A DNA stretch of 62,195 bases, counting the filler, from an uncultured bacterium (GTDB taxonomy: Bacteria; CAYJOG01): NCBI GenBank assembly GCA_964371695.1. It is 20 parts of 20 records of this genome, joined end to end, with 100 filler letters (N's around TTAATTAATTAA, not from the genome) between each part and the next. Parts side by side here need not be neighbours in the genome. Positions count along the whole stretch, not along the records: positions 18,951 to 21,992 come from CAYJOG010000428.1; positions 22,093 to 25,131 come from CAYJOG010000429.1; positions 25,232 to 28,267 come from CAYJOG010000430.1; positions 28,368 to 31,353 come from CAYJOG010000431.1; 16 more parts are not named here. One strand, given 5' to 3'. This document shows, one piece after another, positions 19,106-28,778 of this stretch (position 1 is the stretch's first letter; each line of letters begins with the position of its first letter). A program made the position numbers and the translations under genes. The notes under the pieces are model-generated. The model made no database searches, was not told the DNA's origin, and saw only the letters and a list, made by a program, of their open reading frames with translations.

Positions 19106-20221
19106 TTAAAACTTCCCTAACCCCTTCGCCTTTTTCAGACGGGCCAACACCCTGGGGTTTTTCATCGGCTCCAGAATCCAATCCGGTTGGCCGGGTTGCT
19201 TTACGGTGATGACATAACCCTGCCGGCCCCCCTGCGTGATGGCGTCAAAGGCCATCAGTTCCGCCAGTTCCTCGGCCCAGTTCAGGCTGGCGTATAACGA
19301 CACAAAAGGCTGCTTGCTGAAACGGCCATAAAGTTCCCGCGCATTGGACAGGGGAATCAGCGGCCCTTCGCCAAAACCATAAAACGTGATTTTTTCGCGC
19401 CCCGGAAAGTTGTTCAGAAAATGGGGCACGTTGTAGTCGGCCCACAGCGGCGAAGAAAAATCCTTGCGCCCTTCCTGGGTACGAAAAAGCGTCAGGGCAT
19501 ATTCCATCCACGGCGTCAGGCCCAGCAGCAGGTCTGCCGCGTGGGTGGCCTCGTGGGTGAGGATGTAATCCAGGCCGGTGGCGTTGCTTCCGATCTTTAC
19601 ACTCACCGACACACCCGACCCATCTTCCCTGAACACCGTGATCTCTTTTTTGTTGAGCAGTTCCTGGGCGCTTAAGTCCAGCACCTCGGCCCGCAGAGCC
19701 GTCCAGGCAAACACACGGCCCTGTTCATCCACCACCCAGTCGGTGTAACCAGAGCTTTGCAGCCCCTTCACGAAATACACCCCCAGGAATCTTTCGCGGA
19801 ACGCCACCCCCCACGCGGGCGGAAAAGCCGCCAGCAGCCCCGCCACAATCTGGGCCTGTTTTGCCGTAGGTGTGTGCGCGGCATAGGTGGTGGTGTTGTC
19901 AATTTTCTTCAGATGTTCCAGCACAAAAACAGGGGGCGGCCCCACCCTTTTTTCAAGGGGCGTTTTGGGATCGAAGTGGTATGAAGCAGCCTGCGCCACC
20001 GGGCTGCCCAGGTGGTGCGACATAAAATCCAGCCAGTCCTTTTCCTGTGGATAATTTGTCAGCCGCTGCACCGCCCACGAGGCCGACAGGCCCTCTTTTT
20101 TCAGGCCGTTCACCTTCACCGGGTCGAAATCAATGATCCCTGCGGCCTGCGGCTGCGCAGCCCAGGCCAGCAGCACCAGACAAAAAAAGACCTGTTTCAG
20201 CAATGGAATCCGGCGGGTCAT
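19106..20221 (-). CDS. Exported putative zinc metallopeptidase-like protein
   Basis: Signal peptide, HEATH (HExxH) and downstream YASLNWAEELAE. Confidence 0.7.
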   Translation of the reverse strand: MTRRIPLLKQVFFCLVLLAWAAQPQAAGIIDFDPVKVNGLKKEGLSASWAVQRLTNYPQEKDWLDFMSHHLGSPVAQAASYHFDPKTPLEKRVGPPPVFVLEHLKKIDNTTTYAAHTPTAKQAQIVAGLLAAFPPAWGVAFRERFLGVYFVKGLQSSGYTDWVVDEQGRVFAWTALRAEVLDLSAQELLNKKEITVFREDGSGVSVSVKIGSNATGLDYILTHEATHAADLLLGLTPWMEYALTLFRTQEGRKDFSSPLWADYNVPHFLNNFPGREKITFYGFGEGPLIPLSNARELYGRFSKQPFVSLYASLNWAEELAELMAFDAITQGGRQGYVITVKQPGQPDWILEPMKNPRVLARLKKAKGLGKF

Positions 20222-20231
20222 GGGAATGGCC

Positions 20232-21911
20232 TCATTTTTTGGACTGGGTTTTGAGCAGTTCCTTGGCAAACTGCCGGGCGCTGGTGGCCGAGCCGCCGCC
20301 TTCGCCCAACATGCGCACCAGTTCGTCTTCGCGCTCCTGGGCGCTCAGCCGCCTGAGCGAAATAAAGGTCTTGCCCTTCTCCACCCGCTTGTTCACCGCC
20401 AGATGCTGATGGGCCTGTGCCGCCACCCAATGGTTGTGGGTGATGGCCAGCACCTGACGGTCTTGAGAAAGCGCCACCAGTTGACGGCCCATGGCCATGG
20501 CCACGTCGCCCCCCACGCCCGCGTCCACTTCATCAAATATCAGGCAAGGCGTGTCGAAGTGTTCCGCCAGCACGGCTTTCAGCGCCAGACCCAGGCGGTT
20601 CACCTCGCCACCGCTGGCCACCGTGCCCACGGCGCGGGGCGGCTCACCGGGGGTGAAACTCACCTCGAACATCACCCGCTGATCCCCCGTGTCTTTTTTG
20701 ATCTGCCCCCCCGGCAACGGGTGAAACCCCACCTGAAACCGCACCTGGGCAAAAGCCAGTTCCTTGAGCGCAGCCGCCATGGCTTTTTCAAATGCGGGGC
20801 GGCGTTTTTCTCGTGCTGCCGCCAACGCGGCCAGCACCTTGTCCAGTTCCTTGCGGGCGGCGACCTCTTCGCGCTTCAGCACTTCCGGGTCGTCAAACGT
20901 GTTTTCCAGTTCCGCCACGCGGGCCGCCAACCTCTCCCGGTGGGCCGCCAGGCCCGGCGTGTCCAGGCGAAACCGCTTGAGCAGTTTTTCGTGGGCAAAC
21001 AATTTTTCCTGAATGTCATCCAGATTACCGCCGCCTTCGGTGGCTTCTTCCAGGCGGGTGTGCAGTTCATGGGCCAGTTCCGTGGCCGCCGAACACAAAT
21101 GGTCCAGTCGCCGCGCCGCCCCCTCGAACTCATTCAAAAGCTGAGACAATTCCCCCAGCCGTTTGGCCGCCTCACCCAGGCGGCGCAACGCCCCGCCAAC
21201 GACGCCTTCCAGTGCGTCCAGCCCCGCACCCAACAGTTCCACCAACCGGGCGTGAGATTTCAGCGCCTGTTCCTGACGCCGCAGGTCGTTTTCCTGTTCT
21301 TCACCCAGCGCGCCGTTTTCAATGTCCTTGAGCGAGAGGCGTGAAGAATCCAGTTCTTCTTCCAGCGCCGCCTGATTTTCTTCAAAAGCCTTGAGCGCCG
21401 CCTGGGCGGCCTTCCAGCGGGGCAAGACCTCTTTGAGTTTCTCTTTTTGTTTGCGCACCTCTGGCCCGGCCCAGTGATCAAACAGCATCAACTGGCGGGT
21501 TTCGTCCTTGAGCAAAAGTCGGGCGTCCTGGCTGTGGACATCCAGCACCAGCGCCCCCAGTTCGGCCACCTTGCGCTGGGGCAGCATTTCGCCGTTCACC
21601 TTGCATTGCGACCGGCCGGGGTTGCGCACGTCGCGGCTGAAGAGAACTTCTCCCGGCGCGTCGCCCGGCGTCAGTTCCTTTTCTTCCACCCATTCCGGGG
21701 CCACTTCCATCAACACCTGAGCCAGGGCCTGACCTTGCACCTGATCCAGCATTTCGGCATCGGCCTCTTTGCCCAAGGCCAGGCCAATGGCCTTGAGCAG
21801 CAGGCTCTTACCCGCCCCTGTCTCGCCGGTGATGGCCACCAGCCCCGGTTCCAGTTCCAGGTCTGTTTCATCCAGCAGGCGAAATCCCCGAATAATCAAA
21901 TGGCGAATCAT
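20232..21911 (-). CDS. recN: DNA repair protein RecN
   Basis: TGETGAGKS, ASGGE..R, IFDEVDAGVGG and QVLAITH motifs. Confidence 0.96.
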   Translation of the reverse strand: MIRHLIIRGFRLLDETDLELEPGLVAITGETGAGKSLLLKAIGLALGKEADAEMLDQVQGQALAQVLMEVAPEWVEEKELTPGDAPGEVLFSRDVRNPGRSQCKVNGEMLPQRKVAELGALVLDVHSQDARLLLKDETRQLMLFDHWAGPEVRKQKEKLKEVLPRWKAAQAALKAFEENQAALEEELDSSRLSLKDIENGALGEEQENDLRRQEQALKSHARLVELLGAGLDALEGVVGGALRRLGEAAKRLGELSQLLNEFEGAARRLDHLCSAATELAHELHTRLEEATEGGGNLDDIQEKLFAHEKLLKRFRLDTPGLAAHRERLAARVAELENTFDDPEVLKREEVAARKELDKVLAALAAAREKRRPAFEKAMAAALKELAFAQVRFQVGFHPLPGGQIKKDTGDQRVMFEVSFTPGEPPRAVGTVASGGEVNRLGLALKAVLAEHFDTPCLIFDEVDAGVGGDVAMAMGRQLVALSQDRQVLAITHNHWVAAQAHQHLAVNKRVEKGKTFISLRRLSAQEREDELVRMLGEGGGSATSARQFAKELLKTQSKK

Positions 21912-21991
21912 CCGGGTTTTTTTCCCAGGTGGAACTTGGTGCGCAGGCGGTCAAAAAAGGTGTTTTCGTGGCTCAGGCGCACAAACCAGGC
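21908..21991 (-). CDS. nadK: NAD kinase C-terminal fragment
   Basis: AWFVRLSHENTFFDRLRTKFHLG..*; ATGA overlap with recN, a common gene order. Confidence 0.7.
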   Translation of the reverse strand, partial: AWFVRLSHENTFFDRLRTKFHLGKKPG

Positions 21992-22092
21992 CNNNNNNNN
22001 NNNNNNNNNNNNNNNNNNNNNNNNNNNNNNNNNNNNTTAATTAATTAANNNNNNNNNNNNNNNNNNNNNNNNNNNNNNNNNNNNNNNNNNNN

Positions 22093-22147
22093 TGAATGGT
22101 GCGCGCCTTTGGCGCGGTTGACACTCCCGGCGGGACGCCGGGGCTAC
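22093..22147. repeat. Partial class B REPIN at contig start
   Basis: GGTGCGCGCC..CTCCCGGCGGGACGCCGGGGCTAC. Confidence 0.75.
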
Positions 22148-22191
22148 GTTAAACAACCATTTTTTCTCAACCGGGCTTATGATTTTACCCA

Positions 22192-23685
22192 ATGGTCAAC
22201 TTGCGCCCTCGTTTCCTTAGAACCTGTTTGAAAAGTCCATCGTGGACTTTTCAAACCCAACGCCTTCAGGGGCAAAGCCCCTTCGGCGTGGCGAAACCCT
22301 CAGCTTTTTCAAAGCTTCGGCTTTCGGCGGCGGCCATCCCTGGCCGCAAGAGCCTGTCCAAAGTGCGCCATGTTTCACATGGCGCACTTTATAAACAGGC
22401 TCTTCTGTTTCTTGTTGCTTTGATGGGGGCCTTTGCGTCCACCGCCGCACGGGCCGACACGCCCCTGGACAAAAACGGCCAGCACCGCCTGGGGATGATT
22501 CTGGACCTGCGGGTGGCAGGCACCAGCCGCTGGGCCGTGAGCCGGGCGCGGGGCGTGGGTCTCTTGCGGTTTGGCGGCACGGACACCACCCCCGGCGGCC
22601 CCGGCGAGCGGGGCAAGCTGGCCCTGGGTGTGGGTCAGTTGGGTTTGCAGTTTTCGGGGCGTCTGGGCAGGCGCTGGGGTTATCTGGCCGAGTTGAACAG
22701 CCAGTGGGACGGCCACCAGCGCACCGCCCTGAACGTGCCGGAGGTGTTTCTCTCACACGAGGGCCGCTGGGGCCGGGTGAGCCTGAACCAGCGGCTGGGT
22801 TTTCTGATTCCCCCTTTCAGCCTGGAGCACCCCGGCCTGGCCTGGAGCACGTTTTTCACCCTCACCCCCAGCGCGGTCAACACCTGGCTGGCTGAAGAAG
22901 TGCGGGGCTGGGGAGCCGAGAGCCGCGCCGGTATCCGGCTGGCGCAAAACCGCAAGGCGGCCCTCACGGCGGGGGTCTTCACGGGCAACGACCCCAGCGC
23001 CGTGCTGCTGTCATGGCGAGGCTGGGCCATGCACGACTTGCAGGCGGGTTTCAACGAGCGCGTCCGACTGCGGGGTGGCCCGGCCCTCACCAACCCGGCG
23101 GTGTTCGGCATGCCCCAGGCTTTCAACCGGCCTTTTCTGGAGGTGGACGACCGCTGGGGATTTTACGCCCACGCCCAGCAACAGAGCACCCGCAGCCGCC
23201 TGAGTTATGGTTATTGGCAGAACAACGCCGACCGGGGCGTGCTGGACAAGGACCACGTGTATGGCTGGGACACGTTTTTTCAGCAACTGGCCGGGCGTTA
23301 TGAACCCACTCACCACCGCTGGCTGTTGCAGGGCCAGTGGCTGTGGGGCCAGACCCGCATGGGTAAGGGCCAGCCCGCGCCGGTGGAAAACGATTTTGCC
23401 GCGTGGTATCTGCTTTATTCGCGCCGCGCCGGGGCAAAAGACCGCCTGAGCCTGCGGCTGGACCGCTTCATGGTGAAGGACCACGATTTCAACCCCGGCG
23501 GCGACCTGAACGGCCAGACCGGCCACGCCCTGACTGCCGCTTATCGCCACCCCCTGAACAACCACGCCGACCTTTTTGCCGAGGTGGTGTCGCTCAGCAG
23601 CAAACGCCCCATGCACGCCGTGCTGGGCCTCTCTGCCAGCCAGCACGAAACCCAGTGGCAACTGGGCTGGCGCATGTATCGGTGA
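22192..23685 (+). CDS. Porin-like outer-membrane beta-barrel protein with a MITE inserted in frame in its signal peptide
   Basis: Aromatic-rich beta strands and C-terminal QWQLGWRMYR; removing the MITE restores a classical signal peptide. Confidence 0.7.
   Translation: MVNLRPRFLRTCLKSPSWTFQTQRLQGQSPFGVAKPSAFSKLRLSAAAIPGRKSLSKVRHVSHGALYKQALLFLVALMGAFASTAARADTPLDKNGQHRLGMILDLRVAGTSRWAVSRARGVGLLRFGGTDTTPGGPGERGKLALGVGQLGLQFSGRLGRRWGYLAELNSQWDGHQRTALNVPEVFLSHEGRWGRVSLNQRLGFLIPPFSLEHPGLAWSTFFTLTPSAVNTWLAEEVRGWGAESRAGIRLAQNRKAALTAGVFTGNDPSAVLLSWRGWAMHDLQAGFNERVRLRGGPALTNPAVFGMPQAFNRPFLEVDDRWGFYAHAQQQSTRSRLSYGYWQNNADRGVLDKDHVYGWDTFFQQLAGRYEPTHHRWLLQGQWLWGQTRMGKGQPAPVENDFAAWYLLYSRRAGAKDRLSLRLDRFMVKDHDFNPGGDLNGQTGHALTAAYRHPLNNHADLFAEVVSLSSKRPMHAVLGLSASQHETQWQLGWRMYR
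22220..22402 (-). mobile_element. Multi-hairpin MITE-like element (183 bp)
   Basis: Imperfect terminal inverted repeats GAACCTGTTTGAAAAGT / ACTTTATAAACAGGCTC, flanked by TTA/TTC; homologous to 62031-62195. Confidence 0.8.
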
Positions 23686-23703
23686 GCACCAAGGGTTTCC
23701 TTT

Positions 23704-23735
23704 CAGTGGGGCGGGCGGGGTCGCCCGCCCCACTG
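23704..23735. repeat. REP-like hairpin, possible terminator
   Basis: CAGTGGGGCGGGCG-GGGT-CGCCCGCCCCACTG; related to 56460-56486. Confidence 0.6.
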
Positions 23736-23805
23736 TCACCTACCCCACTGAAGCGACAGGGTGATTCTCAACACCCTGTCAGTCCCCCGGCCTTAAAATT
23801 GTTCT

Positions 23806-24177
23806 GTGTGGGAATATCAAAAGACCCGTCAGGATTCACCAACGCTGAAAAAACGGTGGTTCTATGACAGCGACTGCGATCTGATTCTGTGGCAGGACGA
23901 AGCTGGCGCGATCCACCGTTTTCAGTTCTGCTATGGCAAGGACACGCCCCAGGAGCGGGTGGTGGAATATAAAAACGGCCACCTGATGCAGCACGACGTG
24001 TCCAACCCGTTGAAACCCACCGACCAGGGCAGCCCCACCTTCACCAACACGCAGCACATCGCGGTGGAAGAAGCCCAGCGCCTGCTGCTGCTGCACGCCG
24101 GAGAAATGACCATTGACCTGCTCTATGACATTTTGCAGATACTGCACCAGGAGGGTCTGACACCACCCCCCGGATGA
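23806..24177 (+). CDS. Hypothetical protein
   Basis: 123-aa ORF, RWFYD..CDLILW...FQFCY, host-like codon usage. Confidence 0.7.
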   Translation: MWEYQKTRQDSPTLKKRWFYDSDCDLILWQDEAGAIHRFQFCYGKDTPQERVVEYKNGHLMQHDVSNPLKPTDQGSPTFTNTQHIAVEEAQRLLLLHAGEMTIDLLYDILQILHQEGLTPPPG

Positions 24178-24189
24178 AGGTTTTTTTAC

Positions 24190-24329
24190 GTAGCCCCGGC
24201 GTCTCGCCGGGGGTTTCAAATGCGCTGAAGGCGCGCACCATACAAATTCTTCCACGTCGTTGCCTGAAAGAAACCTGTTTGGCGTCGCCTGCGGCAGATT
24301 TTTTGCTCCCGGCGGGACGCCGGGGCTAC
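24190..24329. repeat. Class B REPIN-like element (no insertion)
   Basis: GTAGCCCCGGCGTCTCGCCGGGG...CTCCCGGCGGGACGCCGGGGCTAC. Confidence 0.85.
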
Positions 24330-24354
24330 AAATTAACTGTCAGCCGCACCGCGC

Positions 24355-25131
24355 CTAACCGGCCCCATGACCGGCCAGCAGCTCTGCCGCCGCCTGGGCT
24401 GCCAAGGGTGAAACATCAATGTGGTTGCTGGCGTGGGGAATGGTGTTGGTGGTGATGACACGCGCTGCGCCCGCCGCCAGCAGCAGGTCGTGGGCTCCCT
24501 GGGCGAACACACCATGCACCGCCACACACCAGGGGGCAGGCAGGCCCGCCGCCAGCAGGTGCGATACGGTTTCGGCCATGGTGTGGCCGGTGGAAAGAAT
24601 GTCATCCACCAGCACGGGGGTGTGCCCCGGCCAGGCCGACACACCGGGCACTTCCACCCGCACTTCGGTGTCGCTCAGGCGAGTTTTCTCGGCGACCACA
24701 AAAGGCGCGTTCGCCCCCAGGGCCACTTCTTTCACCCACTGGGCGCTTTCCATGTCGGGGCCAACCAGCAGGGGGCGGGGCACGTGCTGTTTGATCCAGC
24801 CGCTCAAGAGCGGCGCGGCGTGCTGCACCCGGCAGGGAATGGCGTAGACCTGCTCCAGCCCCAGCAGGCGGTGCAGATGAGGGTCCACCGTCACCAGCCA
24901 GTCAAAGGCTTCGCTGAGAACTTCGGCGAACACGCGGCTGGACAGGGCCTCGCCGGGCTGAAAGCGGCGGTCCTGCCGAAGATAGGCCAGATAGGGAGCC
25001 GCCAGCCCCACGCGCCGTGCGCCCATGTCCCGCAGCGTGGCCGCGAGAAAAAGCAGGCCCAGCAGTTTGTCGTCGGGCTGGTTCAGGCTCTGGCACACCA
25101 CCACGTCGCGGCCCTCGGCGTTGTCCAGCAC
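24355..25131 (-). CDS. prs: Ribose-phosphate pyrophosphokinase (5' partial)
   Basis: APYLAYLRQDRRF, TVDPHLH, VLVDDILSTGHT and VHGVF motifs. Confidence 0.92.
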   Translation of the reverse strand: MLDNAEGRDVVVCQSLNQPDDKLLGLLFLAATLRDMGARRVGLAAPYLAYLRQDRRFQPGEALSSRVFAEVLSEAFDWLVTVDPHLHRLLGLEQVYAIPCRVQHAAPLLSGWIKQHVPRPLLVGPDMESAQWVKEVALGANAPFVVAEKTRLSDTEVRVEVPGVSAWPGHTPVLVDDILSTGHTMAETVSHLLAAGLPAPWCVAVHGVFAQGAHDLLLAAGAARVITTNTIPHASNHIDVSPLAAQAAAELLAGHGAG

Positions 25132-25231
25132 NNNNNNNNNNNNNNNNNNNNNNNNNNNNNNNNNNNNNNNNNNNNTTAATTAATTAANNNNNNNNNNNNN
25201 NNNNNNNNNNNNNNNNNNNNNNNNNNNNNNN

Positions 25232-25767
25232 CGCCAGCCCAGCAGGGCGTGGCCTATGCCTTTTTGTTTTCCGTCAGCGACACGGACAACCTGAACGTGG
25301 TCATCACGCTGGAGGGCATGCCGCCGCCGGGGCTGAAACTGCAACAGGGCCTTCTCAGCGGCACGCCCCAGAAAAGCGGCGACTACCCCATGGTGGTGAA
25401 CGCCACCGACGGCGCGAACACCGTGAGCACCAGCGTAACCATCTCTGTGGCCCCTGCCCCGCCCCCCAATCTGCCGCCGGTGCTGCTCACACAGTCTTTG
25501 CCCCAGGGTCAGGTGGGTGTGGATTATTCAGCCAGTTTCAGCGCCACCGACCCAGAAAACACCCCCCTTGTTTTTGGCCTGGCGGGAACCTTGCCGTCGG
25601 GGCTTGTGCCCGGCGAAACCCTGCTGGTGGGTGTGCCCAGTCAAAGCGGCCTGTTTGAAATCATCCTCACCGTGAGCGATGGCGTAAACACGGTGCAACA
25701 GCCCTTGTCGCTGGAGATTTTGCCCGCGCCACAAACAGGAGTAGCGGCGGTGTCTCCACCGCCGTGA
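25232..25767 (+). CDS. Putative Ig-domain (He_PIG) repeat surface protein (5' partial)
   Basis: Two repeats of the form LP.G..G..Y...F...D......LP.GL.....L.G.P...G.Y......DG. Confidence 0.8.
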
Positions 25768-25823
25768 GGGGCAAAAATTCTCTTTTTCGGGGCTTGTGCG
25801 CGGTGTGGACACCGTGCCTGCTC
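25738..25823. repeat. Class A REP inverted pair
   Basis: GGAGTAGCGGCGGTGTCTCCACCGCCG and GCGCGGTGTGGACACCGTGCCTGCTC; overlaps the upstream stop codon. Confidence 0.75.
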
Positions 25824-25881
25824 AGAATTCGTGAACCGCCCGTGGCGCTTTGCGCTGAAAAATAAAAAACACCCCTCCTGG

Positions 25882-25907
25882 CGTCATTCCCGCGAAAGCG
25901 GGAATCC
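25882..25907 (+). repeat. dRS3-like palindrome
   Basis: CGTCATTCCCGCGAAAGCGGGAATCC (ATTCCC-N8-GGGAAT); further copies at 28708, 38810 and 59342. Confidence 0.8.
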
Positions 25908-26070
25908 AGTGAAAACAAAAAGGTTTTTTGCTTTTGTTTTTATGCCACAGGCGAGACGCCCGTGGCTACTATAAAAAATGGCGGATTGGCTTTCAGCCCT
26001 TGCGATTCTCCCGATGGGGGTGTGGGGTGGCACCCCCCCCCTCAGTTACAAGTGTTACCCACAATCCCTC

Positions 26071-27891
26071 TCAGTCTTCAGGGTGAAAAACCACAAACTC
26101 TTCTTTACCGGCATAAAGTTTGTCCACCTGCTCGGCAAACTTGAGGGTGACGTATTTGATGCGGGTTTTGCCGGTGGCGGTGGCCTCCTGATTGTCAGCA
26201 CTGAAGGGGCGCACATAGAGCGCCTTGTGGATTTTCTCCAGCGGATTGTCGTGCCCCACCAGAGGCTGCACCGCCTCAAATTCGCGCCGCGCCGCCGCCA
26301 CAATGGCTTCGTGATAGACCAGCTCATGAGCGGGCAGGTCGGCGGGCAGGCCCAGTTGGGCGGCCACGGCGCGGGCAATGATGAGGTCTTCGGCCAGTGA
26401 AATGATGGCTACGCAACAGGGCCGGTGTTCGCCCACCACCACCACTTGGCTGAGGAGTTTGCAGTGGCGCAAAAACTTGTCGCCGATTTCCTCCACGTCA
26501 TAAAACTCGCCGTTGGCGAATTTCACCCGGTTGCCCTTGCGACCATAGACCGTGAGGTAACCCTCCCCGTCCAGGCTGGCGCGGTCGCCGGTGTAAAACC
26601 AGCCGTGGCGCAGCACGTCGGCGGTGGATTCGGGTTTGTTCAGATAACCGTGAAACACATTGGGCCCTTGCACCACCAGTTCGCCGATTTCACCCGTGGG
26701 CAGAATTTTGCCCGGATCTTCTTCGTCCACGATTTTCACGTTCATGCCTTCGATCACCTTGCCCACGGCGCCCAGCTTGTATTCCCCCGGGCAGTTCACG
26801 GCGATCACCGGGCTGGTTTCGCTCAGGCCATAGCCCTCCATCAGGCGAATGCCCACCTTGCTCTCCAGCGCCTGGGCCAGGGTCACGTCCAGCTTGGCGG
26901 CCCCGCACACAAAAAAGGTTACTTTGTCCAGACCCGCCGCAGCGCGGATCATCGCCCCCATCTTGGCCCCGTCAAAACTGTCGCTCATCAGGTCCATGGC
27001 CCCGCCGCTCATTTCCTTCACCTTGGCGGCGATGCCCATGAAAATCATTTTGTAGGCCTTGGGCACACCGGGAAAAAGCGTGGGGCGTATCTGCGGCAGG
27101 TCCTGGGCCAGGGTTTTGCGGGCGAGGTAGCCCAGGCACCCCCCCGTGAGCAGCGTGGTGTGGTCCAGAAACATCTGAAACGAGTGGGCGCTGGGCAGAT
27201 AACTGGCCGTGACGCCGTGCTCGGTGTCAATGGTGATGGCGTGGCTGGCGCTTTCGATGTTCGAGCGCACGTTGTTGTGGGTGAGCACCACCCCCTTGGG
27301 GCGGCCGGTTGTTCCACTGGTGTAAACAAGCCGCATGACCGTGTGGGGGCCCACCTGGGCGCGGCGGGCCGCCACGGCGGGGGTCACTTCGGCTTTGGCA
27401 AAGTCGTGGTAGGTGACAAAACGGGGGTCCTTGCTGGTCAGGGCGTCGTCCATGCCCACCACTTTTTCGAGGCAGGGGGCCTGGGCCACCGGCACGGCCT
27501 CCACTTTCTCCAACTGCATCACCGAATCCACAAACAGCACCCGCACCTGGGCATCCATCAGCTTATAAGCCACGTCATCGGGCGTGTCGTTGGCGTAAAA
27601 CCCCACCGTGGGGGCCAGCACCGAGAGCGCCGCCAGGTCCACCTCGTTCCACAGGGGGCTGTTCTCGGCCAGCACGCCCACCCCTTCCAGGGGCCGCAGG
27701 CCAAGGTTCAGGAACGCCTGCGACAGCACATCCACCCGCTGGGCCAGCTCCTGATAAGTGCGGGTGTGCCATTTGTCGTCCTGGCCCTTGAACTTTTGGG
27801 CGATACGGTCGGGATAAAGCCGGGCCACGGTGAAAAACCCCTCGATCAGGTTGGCCGCTTTGTGGATTTCTTCGTGAACAGTGGTGGACAT
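26071..27891 (-). CDS. Long-chain fatty acid-CoA ligase (AMP-forming)
   Basis: YTSGTTGRPKGV, EGYGLSETSP, GELVVQGPNVF.GY and WFYTGD motifs. Confidence 0.93.
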   Translation of the reverse strand: MSTTVHEEIHKAANLIEGFFTVARLYPDRIAQKFKGQDDKWHTRTYQELAQRVDVLSQAFLNLGLRPLEGVGVLAENSPLWNEVDLAALSVLAPTVGFYANDTPDDVAYKLMDAQVRVLFVDSVMQLEKVEAVPVAQAPCLEKVVGMDDALTSKDPRFVTYHDFAKAEVTPAVAARRAQVGPHTVMRLVYTSGTTGRPKGVVLTHNNVRSNIESASHAITIDTEHGVTASYLPSAHSFQMFLDHTTLLTGGCLGYLARKTLAQDLPQIRPTLFPGVPKAYKMIFMGIAAKVKEMSGGAMDLMSDSFDGAKMGAMIRAAAGLDKVTFFVCGAAKLDVTLAQALESKVGIRLMEGYGLSETSPVIAVNCPGEYKLGAVGKVIEGMNVKIVDEEDPGKILPTGEIGELVVQGPNVFHGYLNKPESTADVLRHGWFYTGDRASLDGEGYLTVYGRKGNRVKFANGEFYDVEEIGDKFLRHCKLLSQVVVVGEHRPCCVAIISLAEDLIIARAVAAQLGLPADLPAHELVYHEAIVAAARREFEAVQPLVGHDNPLEKIHKALYVRPFSADNQEATATGKTRIKYVTLKFAEQVDKLYAGKEEFVVFHPED

Positions 27892-28367
27892 GCCGCGTAG
27901 CTTAACAACTGGCAGTGTGATGAGAAAGCCCCTCCTGGCCTTTCTCAATCCATTTTGCTGGGGGTTTTTCAACCCCCCAGCCGAGGTTTTTCTGTCCAGC
28001 GCCCCATGGCGCATTCTTGCCGCACTTTACAAACTCCAATAGAATCCGGCGTTGGAGAATATCTATTAAGTGATTCTTTACAGCCCTCATGTGGATGGCG
28101 CTGCTTTGTGGGCAAATTACGCCCCGGCAGCCCAACAGCCCTCTTTCAGGGCGGGTCGTTTGGCCCCAAAAACACCGCGCCCCCCCCTGGCCCCGCCGGG
28201 CGATCGCGGGTTGAACAAACCTGTGTCATCCAGCCCGGAAGAGGCCCCCGGCTGGAAACCCCGCGTGNNNNNNNNNNNNNNNNNNNNNNNNNNNNNNNNN
28301 NNNNNNNNNNNTTAATTAATTAANNNNNNNNNNNNNNNNNNNNNNNNNNNNNNNNNNNNNNNNNNNN

Positions 28368-28393
28368 TTCAGGAGGAACTTTTGAAACAATCC
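28368..28393 (+). repeat. Right end of a further multi-hairpin MITE-family copy
   Basis: TTC-AGGAG-GAACTTTTGAAACAATCC parallels CCC-AGGAC-GGGATTTTGAGACAATCC at 29350-29375. Confidence 0.6.
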
Positions 28394-28537
28394 TGTGGGC
28401 CGGAGGTGTTCGCGGCGCAAGCTGGCTTTGCCTGCGCCGCGCCGGGCCGTAGCCATTCACGACGAATGGCAAGGCCAATAAAACCAATGAACATTCCTGC
28501 TATTTTGAATGTTCATTGGTATCAAGGGTTTTTTGCA

Positions 28538-28685
28538 GTAGCCCCGGCGTCCCGCCGGGAGGGTAAAACGCGCCGCAGGCGCGCACCATTCCGACTTCGT
28601 ATTTCACTGATGGTATTTCACTGAAAAAAACCTGTTTGGTGACGCCTTCGGCGTTTTATTGCTCCCGGCGGGACGCCTGGGCTAC
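28538..28685. repeat. Class B REPIN-like element (no insertion)
   Basis: GTAGCCCCGGCGTCCCGCCGGGA...CTCCCGGCGGGACGCCTGGGCTAC. Confidence 0.85.
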
Positions 28686-28778
28686 AAATAAACCTGACAG
28701 CAATGGCTTCCCCCCTTCGCGGGAATGACGGCGGATGATCCGCCCTGATGACTGGAAAGTTGCCGTTAAACTGCTCCC

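Noticed and set aside
25882-25907. Palindromes as integron attC sites
   Set aside because: No consistent RYYYAAC/GTTRRRY ends, no cassette array and no integrase; they fit REP or dRS3-like repeats.
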